DNA of 64,000 bases from Escherichia coli (GCF_009931435.1 NZ_CP043414.1), one strand, 5' to 3'; shown: positions 12,155 to 28,340, numbered from the stretch's first letter. The notes: generated by a model not told the origin, from the sequence alone. Numbers and translations: made by a program.

Positions 12155-12427
12155 GTGAGTCGAGCATTGTTCGCCCTAGCATTGGCATTTCCATTCATTG
12201 CACTGGCTAACCCGCATTATCGTCCGGACGTGGAGGTAAACGTACCGCCTGAAGTATTCAGTTCAGGCGGGCAGTCAGCGCAGCCCTGTAATCAGTGCTG
12301 CGTCTATCAGGATCAAAACTATTCTGAAGGGGCGGTAATTAAAGCCGAAGGAATACTGCTGCAATGCCAGCGGGATGACAAAACTCTTGGCACTAATCCG
12401 CTGGTCTGGCGGCGCGTAAAGCCATAA
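12155..12427 (+). CDS. ynjH: DUF1496 small protein YnjH
   Basis: 90-aa product with signal-like N-terminus; GTG start after AAGGAG. Confidence 0.8.
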   Translation: MSRALFALALAFPFIALANPHYRPDVEVNVPPEVFSSGGQSAQPCNQCCVYQDQNYSEGAVIKAEGILLQCQRDDKTLGTNPLVWRRVKP

Positions 12428-12800
12428 ACGCCTTTAATAGTGGAATGTCAGCAGGGGCCAGCGGATATTGCAGCGCCTCTTCAGGTGAGCACCAGACCAG
12501 CGCCTGATGTTCATGTGCCTGTAACGTCCCGTGGAAGTGGGGTATGTGCCAGGCATGAAGATGGATAATCCGCCCCGAAACTTCTCGCTGATGGCTGGCA
12601 ACATACTCACCCACAGTTGCTTCGATGCCCAATTCTTCGCGTAACTCACGCACCAGCGCCTGCCGCTGGCTTTCATCCGGTTCGACTTTACCACCAGCAA
12701 ATTCCCATAATCCCGCTTGATCGCTATGCGTAGGGCGTTGCGCGATTAAAATTTTGTCATCCTGTTCGATGATGGCGGCAACAACATCAATCATTTTCAT
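12393..12800 (-). CDS. nudG: Nudix hydrolase (CTP pyrophosphohydrolase)
   Basis: 135-aa product with Nudix box GGKVEPDESQRQALVRELREELG; 3' end overlaps ynjH. Confidence 0.9.
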   Translation of the reverse strand: MKMIDVVAAIIEQDDKILIAQRPTHSDQAGLWEFAGGKVEPDESQRQALVRELREELGIEATVGEYVASHQREVSGRIIHLHAWHIPHFHGTLQAHEHQALVWCSPEEALQYPLAPADIPLLKAFMALRAARPAD

Positions 12801-12886
12801 AAATTACACACGGTCGAATACAGGAAAAATGCCATAATATCCGCAGTGTTGCTCAATCAGAAAGGCTTTATATTTAAGGAGTGCCT

Positions 12887-13507
12887 GTGTTAGACCGCCA
12901 TCTTCATCCCCGAATTAAACCTTTGTTGCATCAGTGTGTGAAGGTGCTGGATAAACCCGGCATTACGCCAGATGGTTTAACATTAGTGGGATTTGCCATC
13001 GGCGTGCTGGCACTGCCGTTTCTGGCGCTGGGCTGGTATCTGGCGGCGCTAATCGTCATTTTGTTGAACAGGCTGCTTGATGGTCTGGACGGCGCGTTGG
13101 CGCGGCGAAGAGGACTTACCGACGCGGGTGGCTTTCTCGATATTTCTCTCGATTTTCTTTTTTACGCACTGGTGCCTTTTGGGTTTATCCTCGCCGCACC
13201 GGAGCAAAACGCGCTGGCAGGCGGCTGGCTGCTGTTTGCGTTTATCGGCACGGGCAGCAGTTTTCTCGCTTTTGCTGCGCTGGCGGCGAAACATCAGATT
13301 GATAATCCCGGTTATGCGCATAAATCGTTTTATTATCTGGGCGGGTTAACCGAAGGCAGCGAGACGATTTTGCTGTTTGTTCTGAGTTGCCTCTTGCCAG
13401 CTTATTTTCCGTGGTTTGCGTGGGTATTTGGTGCGTTGTGCTGGATGACGACCTTTACGCGGGTGTGGAGTGGGTATCTGACGCTGAAGTCGCTCCAGCG
13501 CCAGTAA
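12887..13507 (+). CDS. ynjF: CDP-alcohol phosphatidyltransferase family membrane protein
   Basis: About 206-aa hydrophobic product, DGxxAR motif; GTG start 6 nt after AAGGAG. Confidence 0.85.
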   Translation: MLDRHLHPRIKPLLHQCVKVLDKPGITPDGLTLVGFAIGVLALPFLALGWYLAALIVILLNRLLDGLDGALARRRGLTDAGGFLDISLDFLFYALVPFGFILAAPEQNALAGGWLLFAFIGTGSSFLAFAALAAKHQIDNPGYAHKSFYYLGGLTEGSETILLFVLSCLLPAYFPWFAWVFGALCWMTTFTRVWSGYLTLKSLQRQ

Positions 13508-13515
13508 TTGCAATG

Positions 13516-14823
13516 TTATTTGCTGCTGTCCGGGCCGCGCTCACCGGTTGCTACGGGATTTTTCGGATCGCTGCTCCATTCGTACCAGCCGCCGTCGTAA
13601 ACGGAGACGTTATTCCAGCCCATTGCTCGTGCGTACATAAAGGTTTCGGACGCGCGCCAGCCGGTGCCGCAGTAGAATGAAACTTGCTGATCTGGTTTGA
13701 TATTCCATGCTTTCCACATAGCGGCAATATCATCGGCGCTACGCATGGTGCCATCCGGGTTATGGAAATCCTCCATATGCGTCGAGTCGCTACCAGCGTG
13801 TCCCCAACGGGCTCCGGCTATTTCACCTTTTGGCTTAATATAGCTGTAACCACTGGTCGTACCGATAAATTCTGGCCACGAACGAATGCTCACCAGCGAT
13901 GCATCCTGGCGATGCAGCAGCCCACGGGCCTGTTCCATATCAAGCATCAACTGCGGTTGCGCCGGGATCTTCACGCCGAAATCCGGTTCAGCTTTCACTT
14001 TCGGTGGCGTTCCGCGCTCAACAGGCAGTCCCGCGTCGGACCAGGTTTGCCAGCCGCCGTCCAGCAGGCGCACATCTTTCACCCCTGCATAGAGCATAAT
14101 CTGTGCTACACGCGCTGCTGCGTATACATCACGACCATATAGAATCACCGTGGTGTCATGACGAATGCCATGCTTTGCCAGCATCGCTTTCAGTTGTTCA
14201 TCAGAGACTTTATTCCACAGCGGTTCGCTTTCCACTTCATTGGTATCGATGTAATCCGCGCCGGGAATATGGCTGATAAGGTAAAGCTTAGGAGCGCCCC
14301 AGGCCGCTTCAATGACTTTCCAGTCACCGGCAGGTTTCGCCGTAACCTCTTTACCCTGTTGCAGGTCATGCAGCCATTGCGGATAAACCAGCTGCTCAAA
14401 GTGCGGCAGTTTTTGCAGACGGGAAGGTTCGCTTAGCGCGTCACTCAGGATGGAGATATGCGTAAAACCTGCTTTTTGCAGTCGCGTTTTGACGGCGTCG
14501 ACATCTTTGTCATTACCGTACAGCGCCACCGGAGCGTCGGTTTTCAGGTTATGTTGCTTGATCCACGCGTTGAGCTGTTCGGTGCTCATTTTGTCGAGCC
14601 AGCTAGCAGAGAGGTTTAAGGCGGCAGGTTCATGACCGGAAGGGCCATTTAAGGTTTGTGGCCAGCCGTTATAAAACGCGCTGGGGCGAGTATCTATCGC
14701 TTTGCCATTTTGTTGTTGAAGCTGGTCAAGAGTAAGAGGCTTCGCCAGTTCAGCGGCCCACGAAGAAGCGCAAGCCAGCCCTAAAGCCATTGCCAGCGCG
14801 GTCATTTGAGAAACACGTTTCAT
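13516..14823 (-). CDS. ynjE: Thiosulfate sulfurtransferase (rhodanese-domain protein)
   Basis: 435-aa product from MKRVSQMTALAMALGL... (signal peptide). Confidence 0.9.
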   Translation of the reverse strand: MKRVSQMTALAMALGLACASSWAAELAKPLTLDQLQQQNGKAIDTRPSAFYNGWPQTLNGPSGHEPAALNLSASWLDKMSTEQLNAWIKQHNLKTDAPVALYGNDKDVDAVKTRLQKAGFTHISILSDALSEPSRLQKLPHFEQLVYPQWLHDLQQGKEVTAKPAGDWKVIEAAWGAPKLYLISHIPGADYIDTNEVESEPLWNKVSDEQLKAMLAKHGIRHDTTVILYGRDVYAAARVAQIMLYAGVKDVRLLDGGWQTWSDAGLPVERGTPPKVKAEPDFGVKIPAQPQLMLDMEQARGLLHRQDASLVSIRSWPEFIGTTSGYSYIKPKGEIAGARWGHAGSDSTHMEDFHNPDGTMRSADDIAAMWKAWNIKPDQQVSFYCGTGWRASETFMYARAMGWNNVSVYDGGWYEWSSDPKNPVATGERGPDSSK

Positions 14824-14889
14824 CGAAAATCCCGACATTGTAGTTTTGAGTGCGCCATTCTGAACTGACACATTGGGAAAAACTTTGCG

Positions 14890-15543
14890 TTATCGCAGTT
14901 TGTTGTAATTTTCTGACCACTGCGCCATATCCAGAACAGAACTATCAGCAGGAACATCCTGGAGATCGTGCGTTACCTGAACGACGGGGATCGCCAGTTC
15001 GCGAACTTCGCTGAACACCCACTGGCGAAAATTATCGCGCAGAGCCACATCAAGACGGCTGAACGGCTCATCCAGGAGTAACGCTTTTGGCTGGGCGAGA
15101 AGGGCGCGTAGCAGAGCAACGCGCGCTCGCTGACCGCCAGACAAAGTGGCAGGATCCTGATGGAAAGCTCCGTCAAGGCCTGAACGCTCAAGTGCATCAT
15201 TCACGGCATTACGTCGGGCATTCCCCTTAAGTGTCTCCGGTAGCGCCAGCAGTAAATTTTGCCCGACGCTGAACTGGTCAAATAACAGTGCATCCTGGAA
15301 AAGAATGCCAATCTGACGCTGTGCGGTGGGTAGCATGTCAATCCGTTGCTCATTGAGCCATAGCTCACCTGCACAAGAAAACTGTCCGGCCAGCGCACCA
15401 ATCATCCATGAAAACAGTGTAGATTTTCCACAGCCAGACGGCCCCATTAACGTGACAATGTCACCTTTATCCACCGTAAAGTTAACGTTTGTCAGCAAGC
15501 GGCTTTCTGGTAAACGTAGCGAAACATTTTTCACGCAGAGCAT
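14890..15543 (-). CDS. ynjD: ABC transporter ATP-binding protein
   Basis: 217-aa product with Walker A GPSGCGKST; start overlaps ynjC stop (TAATG). Confidence 0.9.
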   Translation of the reverse strand: MLCVKNVSLRLPESRLLTNVNFTVDKGDIVTLMGPSGCGKSTLFSWMIGALAGQFSCAGELWLNEQRIDMLPTAQRQIGILFQDALLFDQFSVGQNLLLALPETLKGNARRNAVNDALERSGLDGAFHQDPATLSGGQRARVALLRALLAQPKALLLDEPFSRLDVALRDNFRQWVFSEVRELAIPVVQVTHDLQDVPADSSVLDMAQWSENYNKLR

Positions 15544-17078
15544 TAGCGGAGTCCTTGTCTGACATAACCTACCCATTTTGCGACTAACGCGGTCAGGGCA
15601 AAAATAATAAGCGGCAACAGTAGTTGCCATAAAGCCTGGGCGGCGAGAATGCCGTTGCTGCCGCCGCTGCTTAATGCCACCGCTTCAGTGGTGAGTGTCG
15701 GAAAACGCCCCGCGCCCAGCCACAGCGTCGGCATATACTGCGCAATACTGACTGAAAATCCCACCGCGAAGGTAATCAGCGCAGGGCGCAACATGAGTGG
15801 GCATTTCACGTAAAAGAAGATTTTGGCCCGCGACCAGCCCAGTGTTTGCGCAATCAAAATTAACCGTGAATCAATGCGCTGCCAGGCGGGTTGCAGGATA
15901 AACAGCATCCACGGCATTACCCACAGCAGATGCCCCCAGACCACCGCTGTCCAGTTCCCATCTATGTTCAGCCATAGCGCCAGCATGTACTGGCCCGCCA
16001 CCAGCGGCAGAGCGGGTAATAAAATGGGCAACCAGAGCCACAACTGGCGACGCTTTGCCCCCCATTCCAGCCACAGCAGTAACAGGACCAAAGCGATAAA
16101 CGTCGCCACCAGCCCCATTGTCAGGCTGTTGATGAGCGCTTCACTATTGATCGTCGACTGATCCGCGAGGATCGCCAGCAGAGCCACACAGAGCACACCG
16201 GTTAAGGGTAAAAAAATCGCCAGTGTATTACCGGGTAATAAAGGAGTGGCGTGCTTACGAACGCCATCTTCCTGGGGGATCGTGCGTCGCCAGGCGCGCC
16301 ATAACAGATAACCAAGCAAAACGTAGGCGGCGAGTAACAGCATCAGCAGCAGACTGGCAAGCGCGCCTTTTGTCTGTTGGTCAATGCCACCCTGGGTTAG
16401 CCACTGCCAGCTAATTACCGCCAGCGTCGGTGGATTACCCGGCCCGAGAATAATTGCCACATCCACGACCGACAACGACCATGCCACAATAGCCAGCATC
16501 GCCATTGCCAGTGCAGGCGCGACGGAGGGCAACAACAACCAGTTCAGACATTGCCAGCGGCTGTAGCCCAGCGAATCCAGTACAATAACCTGCTGCAACA
16601 GCCGTTTCTCGCTCAATACTGCCGCTAAGATCCACAGCAGAAATGCGCTTTCTTTCACCGCCAGGGTAAGGCCCAGCCCAATACCCAATTTATCCATCGG
16701 CGGAGTGAGAAAAGGAAAAACCTGATAAACCAGGCCACCTTCAGCAAACAGCAACAGGGCGCTGGTGGCAAAAGCCACATGGGGAATGGCGAGCAGCCAC
16801 GGCAGACGGGCGCACATACGCTGCCATTTCGGCCCAGGCCACAGCGCCATAACTACCAGCAGGGCAATCGTCAATGCGCCGAGCGCCGCGATGGTTGTTG
16901 ACACCAGCGTCGCCAGTAATGCCTGCGGTAGCTGCGGATCGGCAAATAACGCCTGCCAGTGTGCCAACGACAAAGCAGGCGATATCAGCGTGAACGCCGC
17001 CGGGATCAGCGGTGCATAAATCACCGCCACCATCGCCCACAGCAACAAGATTAATGCGTACCGTAACGGTGTAGCCAT
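15543..17078 (-). CDS. ynjC: ABC transporter permease
   Basis: About 511-aa polytopic membrane protein. Confidence 0.88.
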   Translation of the reverse strand: MATPLRYALILLLWAMVAVIYAPLIPAAFTLISPALSLAHWQALFADPQLPQALLATLVSTTIAALGALTIALLVVMALWPGPKWQRMCARLPWLLAIPHVAFATSALLLFAEGGLVYQVFPFLTPPMDKLGIGLGLTLAVKESAFLLWILAAVLSEKRLLQQVIVLDSLGYSRWQCLNWLLLPSVAPALAMAMLAIVAWSLSVVDVAIILGPGNPPTLAVISWQWLTQGGIDQQTKGALASLLLMLLLAAYVLLGYLLWRAWRRTIPQEDGVRKHATPLLPGNTLAIFLPLTGVLCVALLAILADQSTINSEALINSLTMGLVATFIALVLLLLWLEWGAKRRQLWLWLPILLPALPLVAGQYMLALWLNIDGNWTAVVWGHLLWVMPWMLFILQPAWQRIDSRLILIAQTLGWSRAKIFFYVKCPLMLRPALITFAVGFSVSIAQYMPTLWLGAGRFPTLTTEAVALSSGGSNGILAAQALWQLLLPLIIFALTALVAKWVGYVRQGLR

Positions 17079-18217
17079 TCTTGTTCCAGCGCATTTACCC
17101 AACCTGCGTGCGGTTCAGCCAGTACCGGCGGCAGATCCTGCGGCATTCTTGATTGCAATATTTCGCGCTGCCCGTCAGGCAGTTTTTGTGGATCGAGAAC
17201 CGATGGATCGCCCCAGACAGCAGGGTCTGCTTTACGTAGCTGTGCATCAGGTGAGAGCAGGAAATTGGCAACCACCTTCGCCGCAGCACTGGCATTCGCG
17301 TTGGCAGGAACGGTGACGAAATGCACGTTGCCAATCATCCCCTCGCGAAAGCCAAAACTGTAACTGCTTGCCGGCAAATCGCCACTGGCGATTTTTTGCT
17401 GGGCATGTGCAGGATTAAAGGTCAGCGACAGGCGCAATGTGCCAGTTTTCAGCAGAGCATCCATCCGCGCGGGCGAAGGTGGGAAATCCTTTCCTTCGCG
17501 CCATAGATACGGATGCAGCGCATCAAGATATTGCCACAAGGGCGCAGTGATACGGGCGAAAGTCGCATCGTTCGGCGCTTCTTTTAATGCTGCGGGATCT
17601 GGCGTCAGCATAATCAGTAACTGTTCAAGAAATGCGGTGCCAGTAAAGTCTGGCGGGCGCGGATAGGTAACCGTGCCAGGATTGGCTTTAGCGAATTCCA
17701 GTAAGGCTTGCGGTGTTTGTGGTGGCAGTGGCGTAACATCGCGGCGGGCGATAAACGTCAGTTGTGCGCCGCCCCACGGCGATTCTGCGCCTTCGACAGG
17801 TACAGAAAAATCTTCCCGTACCGGCAGTTGTGTATCGACATAACGCCAGTTTGGCAGAGTCTCAGCCCAGCCGGTTTGCAGTAAATTGGCCTCTTTTAAG
17901 GTGCGGAAGTTTTCGCCGTTCACCCAGAGCAGATCCACCGAACCGCCTGTCTCGCGCCCGGCTGCGGCTTCGGTCTGAATGCGCTTCACCGCGTCTGCGG
18001 CATCCGCCAGGCGGACAATCTTCAGGTTTATATCATAATGGGTTTTCATCTCGCCGCTAACCCAGTCGAGATAGCGGTTAATTGCGGTATCGCCGCCCCA
18101 GGCGTTAAACCAGACGGTTTGCCCTTTGGCCTCATTTTTAACTTCCTGCCAGTCACTGGCATGTGTTGCCAGAGAAAACAGCGATAACAATCCCAGCAAC
18201 CACCCACAATGGCGCAT
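17051..18217 (-). CDS. ynjB: ABC transporter periplasmic substrate-binding protein
   Basis: 388-aa product with signal peptide; overlaps ynjC start. Confidence 0.88.
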   Translation of the reverse strand: MRHCGWLLGLLSLFSLATHASDWQEVKNEAKGQTVWFNAWGGDTAINRYLDWVSGEMKTHYDINLKIVRLADAADAVKRIQTEAAAGRETGGSVDLLWVNGENFRTLKEANLLQTGWAETLPNWRYVDTQLPVREDFSVPVEGAESPWGGAQLTFIARRDVTPLPPQTPQALLEFAKANPGTVTYPRPPDFTGTAFLEQLLIMLTPDPAALKEAPNDATFARITAPLWQYLDALHPYLWREGKDFPPSPARMDALLKTGTLRLSLTFNPAHAQQKIASGDLPASSYSFGFREGMIGNVHFVTVPANANASAAAKVVANFLLSPDAQLRKADPAVWGDPSVLDPQKLPDGQREILQSRMPQDLPPVLAEPHAGWVNALEQEWLHRYGTH

Positions 18218-18226
18218 CATCTCTCC

Positions 18227-18775
18227 TTAAGAACGTTTTTCAGGAATACGGCACAGCCCCTGAGCGGGAATGTCCATGGCAGAATTAAAACGGGCTGACA
18301 GATTTTGCAGGCCGATCAATGCCGTCAGTTCGGTGAGCGCCTGGGCGTCAAAATGCGTAGCCAGTCGGGTACGCAGGGCTGCATCGACTGTTGGCGGCGT
18401 TACGCTTGCGGCTTCGGCGTACTCCAGCGCCAGCCGTTCTTCATCGCTAAAGAGCGGGCTTTGCCGCCAGTCAGCCACTGCCAGCAGTTTATCGGTGCTG
18501 CCAGTGCGCTCGGCGACTTTCATACTGGTGATATCCACGCAAAACTCACACAGGCACATTTGCGCAATGCGCGCGCTGACAAGCGATCGCACTACCGGAT
18601 CGAGCGGTGAGCGTTTACGCTCCAGCCAACCGACAAACATCGACACCAGATAAAAGATAAACGGGATCCGTCCCCACCAGCGAATTGGACTTAGCACCTC
18701 GCCGTAATGGCGACGATGCAGCCACGCCTGCGGACGTAAACTTAAAGGAATTTTGCTAAGCGGTGGTAAACCCAT
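18227..18775 (-). CDS. ynjA: Carboxymuconolactone decarboxylase (AhpD-like) family protein
   Basis: 182-aa product; start overlaps ydjZ stop. Confidence 0.85.
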   Translation of the reverse strand: MGLPPLSKIPLSLRPQAWLHRRHYGEVLSPIRWWGRIPFIFYLVSMFVGWLERKRSPLDPVVRSLVSARIAQMCLCEFCVDITSMKVAERTGSTDKLLAVADWRQSPLFSDEERLALEYAEAASVTPPTVDAALRTRLATHFDAQALTELTALIGLQNLSARFNSAMDIPAQGLCRIPEKRS

Positions 18776-19482
18776 CAGGCATTCCTCTTCTGGCGTTCAA
18801 GCCATATTTTTTTCGCCATAAAAATCACCACGGTCAGGGCAAACAGAATAAACAGTCCGGTGACAAACCAGAAGGTACCGCCCGTTAACATACTGCCCGC
18901 CCAGGAATAAACAATAGTCGCCGGTAACTGACCAAGCCCGGTGGCGATAAAAAACGAGCGAAAACGTATTGACGTCAAACCGGCAGCATAGCTGATTGGA
19001 TCGAAAGGGACAAAAGGCAATAACCGGCATACCAGGATAGTGTGTTTGCCGTAGCGAGTGAAAAAGCCGTCCATACTGTCAAGCACGGTTTTACCGGTTA
19101 ATTTTTCCACCACTTCGCGGCCCATCACTCTGGCAATAAAAAAGCATAGCGCCGCGCCCGCCATAGAACTGGTCCACGACAGCAAGCCACCCCAGAACGC
19201 ACCGAACAGCGAGGCATTGGCAAAGGTGATCAAAAATGCAGGCAGCGGTGCAGCAATGGCCTGTAAAATCATCAACATGAACGAGACAACTGCTGCCAGT
19301 GCGCCGTAAGACTGAATAAAGCGTTCTATACCCTGTTGGTCCACGGCGGCAAACGCCGCAACGCTGCGATTGATAAACTGATGGACGCCGGGAAGCAGTG
19401 CCCATGCCAGCAGCATAGCGAACAACAGGATGATGAGGGTTATACGGTAGTACCAGATTTTACGCGATTGCATCTTCATCAT
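18775..19482 (-). CDS. ydjZ: TVP38/TMEM64 (DedA-like) inner membrane protein
   Basis: 235-aa hydrophobic product. Confidence 0.85.
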   Translation of the reverse strand: MMKMQSRKIWYYRITLIILLFAMLLAWALLPGVHQFINRSVAAFAAVDQQGIERFIQSYGALAAVVSFMLMILQAIAAPLPAFLITFANASLFGAFWGGLLSWTSSMAGAALCFFIARVMGREVVEKLTGKTVLDSMDGFFTRYGKHTILVCRLLPFVPFDPISYAAGLTSIRFRSFFIATGLGQLPATIVYSWAGSMLTGGTFWFVTGLFILFALTVVIFMAKKIWLERQKRNA

Positions 19483-19496
19483 CCTTTATCGTGGCT

Positions 19497-20174
19497 TTAT
19501 TCGGTGATTTTAAAGGTAACCGTAGCCAGCGTGTTATCTGCCGGGAGAACCGAGGCATTGCCTTTGAATTGCACTTCACCACGTTTTTCCACCGCACCAT
19601 AAGTGTATGTTGCATTGCTGACGATGCCGACCGGGCAGCTATCCAGACATACCAGGCAGCCCGTTTTCTTCTCTTCTGCGGCGGCTAAATTACCGCCAAA
19701 GCGCATGTCCAGTTTTTTACCGTTATTGTCGACAATCACCTCATCGAATGAATACGCTTTTGCTGCCCCTTGCCAGTTGACCGAAATATCCAGTTTGCTG
19801 CCCGCTACATGAGTCGTTTCTTTATTCTCCATGGTCATGTTTTCGCCCGGGATACCACCGGCTTGTTTCAGTGCTTCATAAAATGCTTTCGGGGTCGCAT
19901 AACCCATAAACAGCGATTTATGTCCGTTGGAGCCATCTTTAAACACTATGCCGTGTCGAGTGTCGTCTGTCAGGAAACGGCCATTAATTTGTACCAGCAT
20001 GGTGACCGTATGGTTATTGTTATCGACACGCAGTGGTTGGCTGTCTGAAAGCCCGTCGTATTCCACTTTTGCTGCCGCATTCTCTTTTTGATCGCAGCCA
20101 CTAAGCCCGGCAACGGCCAGTAAACACAGTGCAGCCAGTCCTTTTTTCCATGACGCTGAATAATGTTGCAACAT
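19497..20174 (-). CDS. ydjY: Putative lipoprotein YdjY
   Basis: 225-aa product MLQHYSASWKKGLAALCLLAVAGLSGC (lipobox); AAGGA RBS inside ydjX 3' end. Confidence 0.82.
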   Translation of the reverse strand: MLQHYSASWKKGLAALCLLAVAGLSGCDQKENAAAKVEYDGLSDSQPLRVDNNNHTVTMLVQINGRFLTDDTRHGIVFKDGSNGHKSLFMGYATPKAFYEALKQAGGIPGENMTMENKETTHVAGSKLDISVNWQGAAKAYSFDEVIVDNNGKKLDMRFGGNLAAAEEKKTGCLVCLDSCPVGIVSNATYTYGAVEKRGEVQFKGNASVLPADNTLATVTFKITE

Positions 20175-20178
20175 CGTT

Positions 20179-20889
20179 CTATCCTTCATTTTTGGGGTGA
20201 GTAAGTGGGCTGCGGCGCGAAGCAGACAGATCCACGTGTTTGTGTCGGGCGTAGAGTTTGGCAAGCTGGACGAGAATAAACAGTGCCAGGCCCGCCAGAC
20301 AGAGTTGTAAAATAAAGCGCAGCGTAATGCCTTCACTGGCGAGATCGCTGGCCATCACGGTATAAATAACGATACCGGGCAGGGTAGTGAGTGCCGAAAT
20401 AAAGGTATAAGGCCAGAAGGCGATAGTGGTTAATCCGTAGGCGTAATTTTGAATATTGTAAGGAAACAGCGGGATTAAGCGGGTAAGAATTAAAAAATCG
20501 ATACCGTTATGTGCAATGCCTTTTTCAATGGCCTGGAAGGTATGGCTGTGACCAACGTATTTCAGCAATAAATCGCGCCCCAAAAAGCGTGCCAACAGGA
20601 ATGAACTCGAGGAGGCCAGCGTGGCGGCAATTAATGATAGTAGTGTCCCTAAGATCGGGCCAAAAACTATGCCTCCAGCGATCACCAGTATGCTTCCTGG
20701 TAACAGAAAGAGGGTGGCAATGATGAATAACACAATATAAAGGCAATAACCGAACAATCCGCTCTGGCGAATGAGAGTTTGTAAGTGGGGTAAATCGGTG
20801 AGCAGATCGAATAAACCGCAAGCGTGGATAGCGTAAATGACCAGCGCAAAAATAAAACAGGCAAAAAGAAATTTACGCTCAGCGTTCAT
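20179..20889 (-). CDS. ydjX: TVP38/TMEM64 (DedA-like) inner membrane protein
   Basis: 236-aa product from MNAERKFLFACFIF... Confidence 0.85.
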   Translation of the reverse strand: MNAERKFLFACFIFALVIYAIHACGLFDLLTDLPHLQTLIRQSGLFGYCLYIVLFIIATLFLLPGSILVIAGGIVFGPILGTLLSLIAATLASSSSFLLARFLGRDLLLKYVGHSHTFQAIEKGIAHNGIDFLILTRLIPLFPYNIQNYAYGLTTIAFWPYTFISALTTLPGIVIYTVMASDLASEGITLRFILQLCLAGLALFILVQLAKLYARHKHVDLSASRRSPLTHPKNEG

Positions 20890-21020
20890 TGTGGAGTTTC
20901 CTATATCAAACTTGATAATAGAGAAGTGGTCAGACAACTAAAAACGCAGTGACGGTATAACAAAGGACGGCAGGCAACAAATCATTACTGACAGTTTGTT
21001 GATTTTTCTCAAGGTTAATT

Positions 21021-21045
21021 CTCCTGACTCCGTTTGAGTCAGGAG
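21021..21045. other. Perfect 10-bp inverted repeat (ctcctgactc cgttt gagtcaggag) just past the xthA stop; possible terminator hairpin
   Basis: Read from sequence; no clear U-tract on either strand. Confidence 0.4.
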
Positions 21046-21055
21046 AGCAGCTAAA

Positions 21056-21862
21056 TTAGCGGCGGAAGGTCGCCCAGACGGGGGCGTGATCGGACGGTTT
21101 TTCCATGCTGCGAATTTCATAGTCGATGCCGGTTTCTACGCAACATTCTGCCAGCGGTTGGCTGGCGAGAAGCAGGTCGATGCGCAGACCACGGTTATCG
21201 TCAAAACCTTTTGAGCGGTAATCAAACCATGAGAAACGATCTGCTGTTTGCGGATTCGCATGGCGGAAGGTATCGACCAACCCCCAGCTCATCAGTCTCT
21301 CCATCCATTCGCGTTCCTCCGGAAGGAAAGAACATTTTCCGGTACGCAGCCAGCGCTTACGGTTCTCTTCGCCAATGCCAATATCCAGGTCGGTAGGACT
21401 GATATTCATATCGCCCATAATCAGCACCGGATTTTCACGCTTGAGTTCGGTTTCCAAATAATTTTGCAGATTCTGATAAAACTGCGCCTTCGCCGGGAAT
21501 TTTATCGGATGGTCGCGGCTTTCACCCTGCGGGAAGTAACCGTTGATCACGGTGACATTGCCCAGCGGCGAGGGGATTTCCGCCATAATAATTCGCCGTT
21601 GTGCCTCTTCGCCGTCGTCAGGGAAGCCGCGACGCACAGCAATCGGCGTCTCTTTGGTCAACAATGCCACGCCGTAATGGCCTTTCTGCCCGTGATAAAA
21701 CACGTTGTAGCCGAGCTTTGCCACCTCTTCGAGCGGAAACATATCGTCATGAACTTTTGTCTCCTGCAGGCCAATCACATCCGGCTGGTGCTTTTCGACA
21801 ATGGCTTCAAGCTGGTGAGGTCTGGCGCGCAGGCCGTTGATATTAAAAGAGACAAATTTCAT
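21056..21862 (-). CDS. xthA: Exodeoxyribonuclease III
   Basis: 268-aa product [21 protein letters not shown]... Confidence 0.95.
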   Translation of the reverse strand: MKFVSFNINGLRARPHQLEAIVEKHQPDVIGLQETKVHDDMFPLEEVAKLGYNVFYHGQKGHYGVALLTKETPIAVRRGFPDDGEEAQRRIIMAEIPSPLGNVTVINGYFPQGESRDHPIKFPAKAQFYQNLQNYLETELKRENPVLIMGDMNISPTDLDIGIGEENRKRWLRTGKCSFLPEEREWMERLMSWGLVDTFRHANPQTADRFSWFDYRSKGFDDNRGLRIDLLLASQPLAECCVETGIDYEIRSMEKPSDHAPVWATFRR

Positions 21863-22129
21863 AGTCGCTGCCATTTATTCAGATAAAGAGTGCGTGGATG
21901 GTAGCAGAATTTCGCTTTGCTTACCGCCTGTTGTTAAGTGATTTGATCGATGGTTGTTAATGATGTCAACGATGGCGCAAAAATTGCCCGCTTTTGGTGC
22001 GCGCTGCGTCAGAATGGCGCAGTAATTTCCAGTAAATTTCGTCAATGATCACAATTCCAGAATTATATTTTACTTTTGCATAATATTGCGTTTTTTATTC
22101 TTTCTATTCACCATCATCGCAAACATATT

Positions 22130-22216
22130 CACTTTTTATGCACTTTAAATGCATAGCGTACAGTTATAACTCCTTGATTATCAGTTAATCGCCCCCTTTT
22201 ATGCACTTTTATCACT
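22130..22216 (+). promoter_or_regulatory. Putative ArgR operator region (two repeats of ttatgcactttwa) upstream of astC
   Basis: Repeated TGCA..TGCA palindromic motifs seen; ast operon is known to be ArgR-dependent. Confidence 0.3.
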
Positions 22217-22218
22217 GG

Positions 22219-22235
22219 CTGGCACGAACCCTGCA
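22219..22235 (+). promoter_or_regulatory. Sigma-54-type promoter (-24 GG / -12 GC) for astCADBE
   Basis: ctGGcacgaaccctGCa matches TGGCAC-N5-TTGCA spacing; about 70 bp upstream of the astC ATG. Confidence 0.55.
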
Positions 22236-22271
22236 ATCTACATTTACAGCGCAAACATTACTTATTATTAA

Positions 22272-28335
<6,064 letters not shown>

Positions 28336-28340
28336 TACTT

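Noticed and set aside
20938-21120. 60-aa ORF spanning the xthA 3' end and intergenic hairpin
   Set aside because: Overlaps the xthA coding end out of frame and covers the inverted repeat; most likely fortuitous.
21248-21886. 212-aa ORF antisense to xthA
   Set aside because: Antisense shadow ORF.
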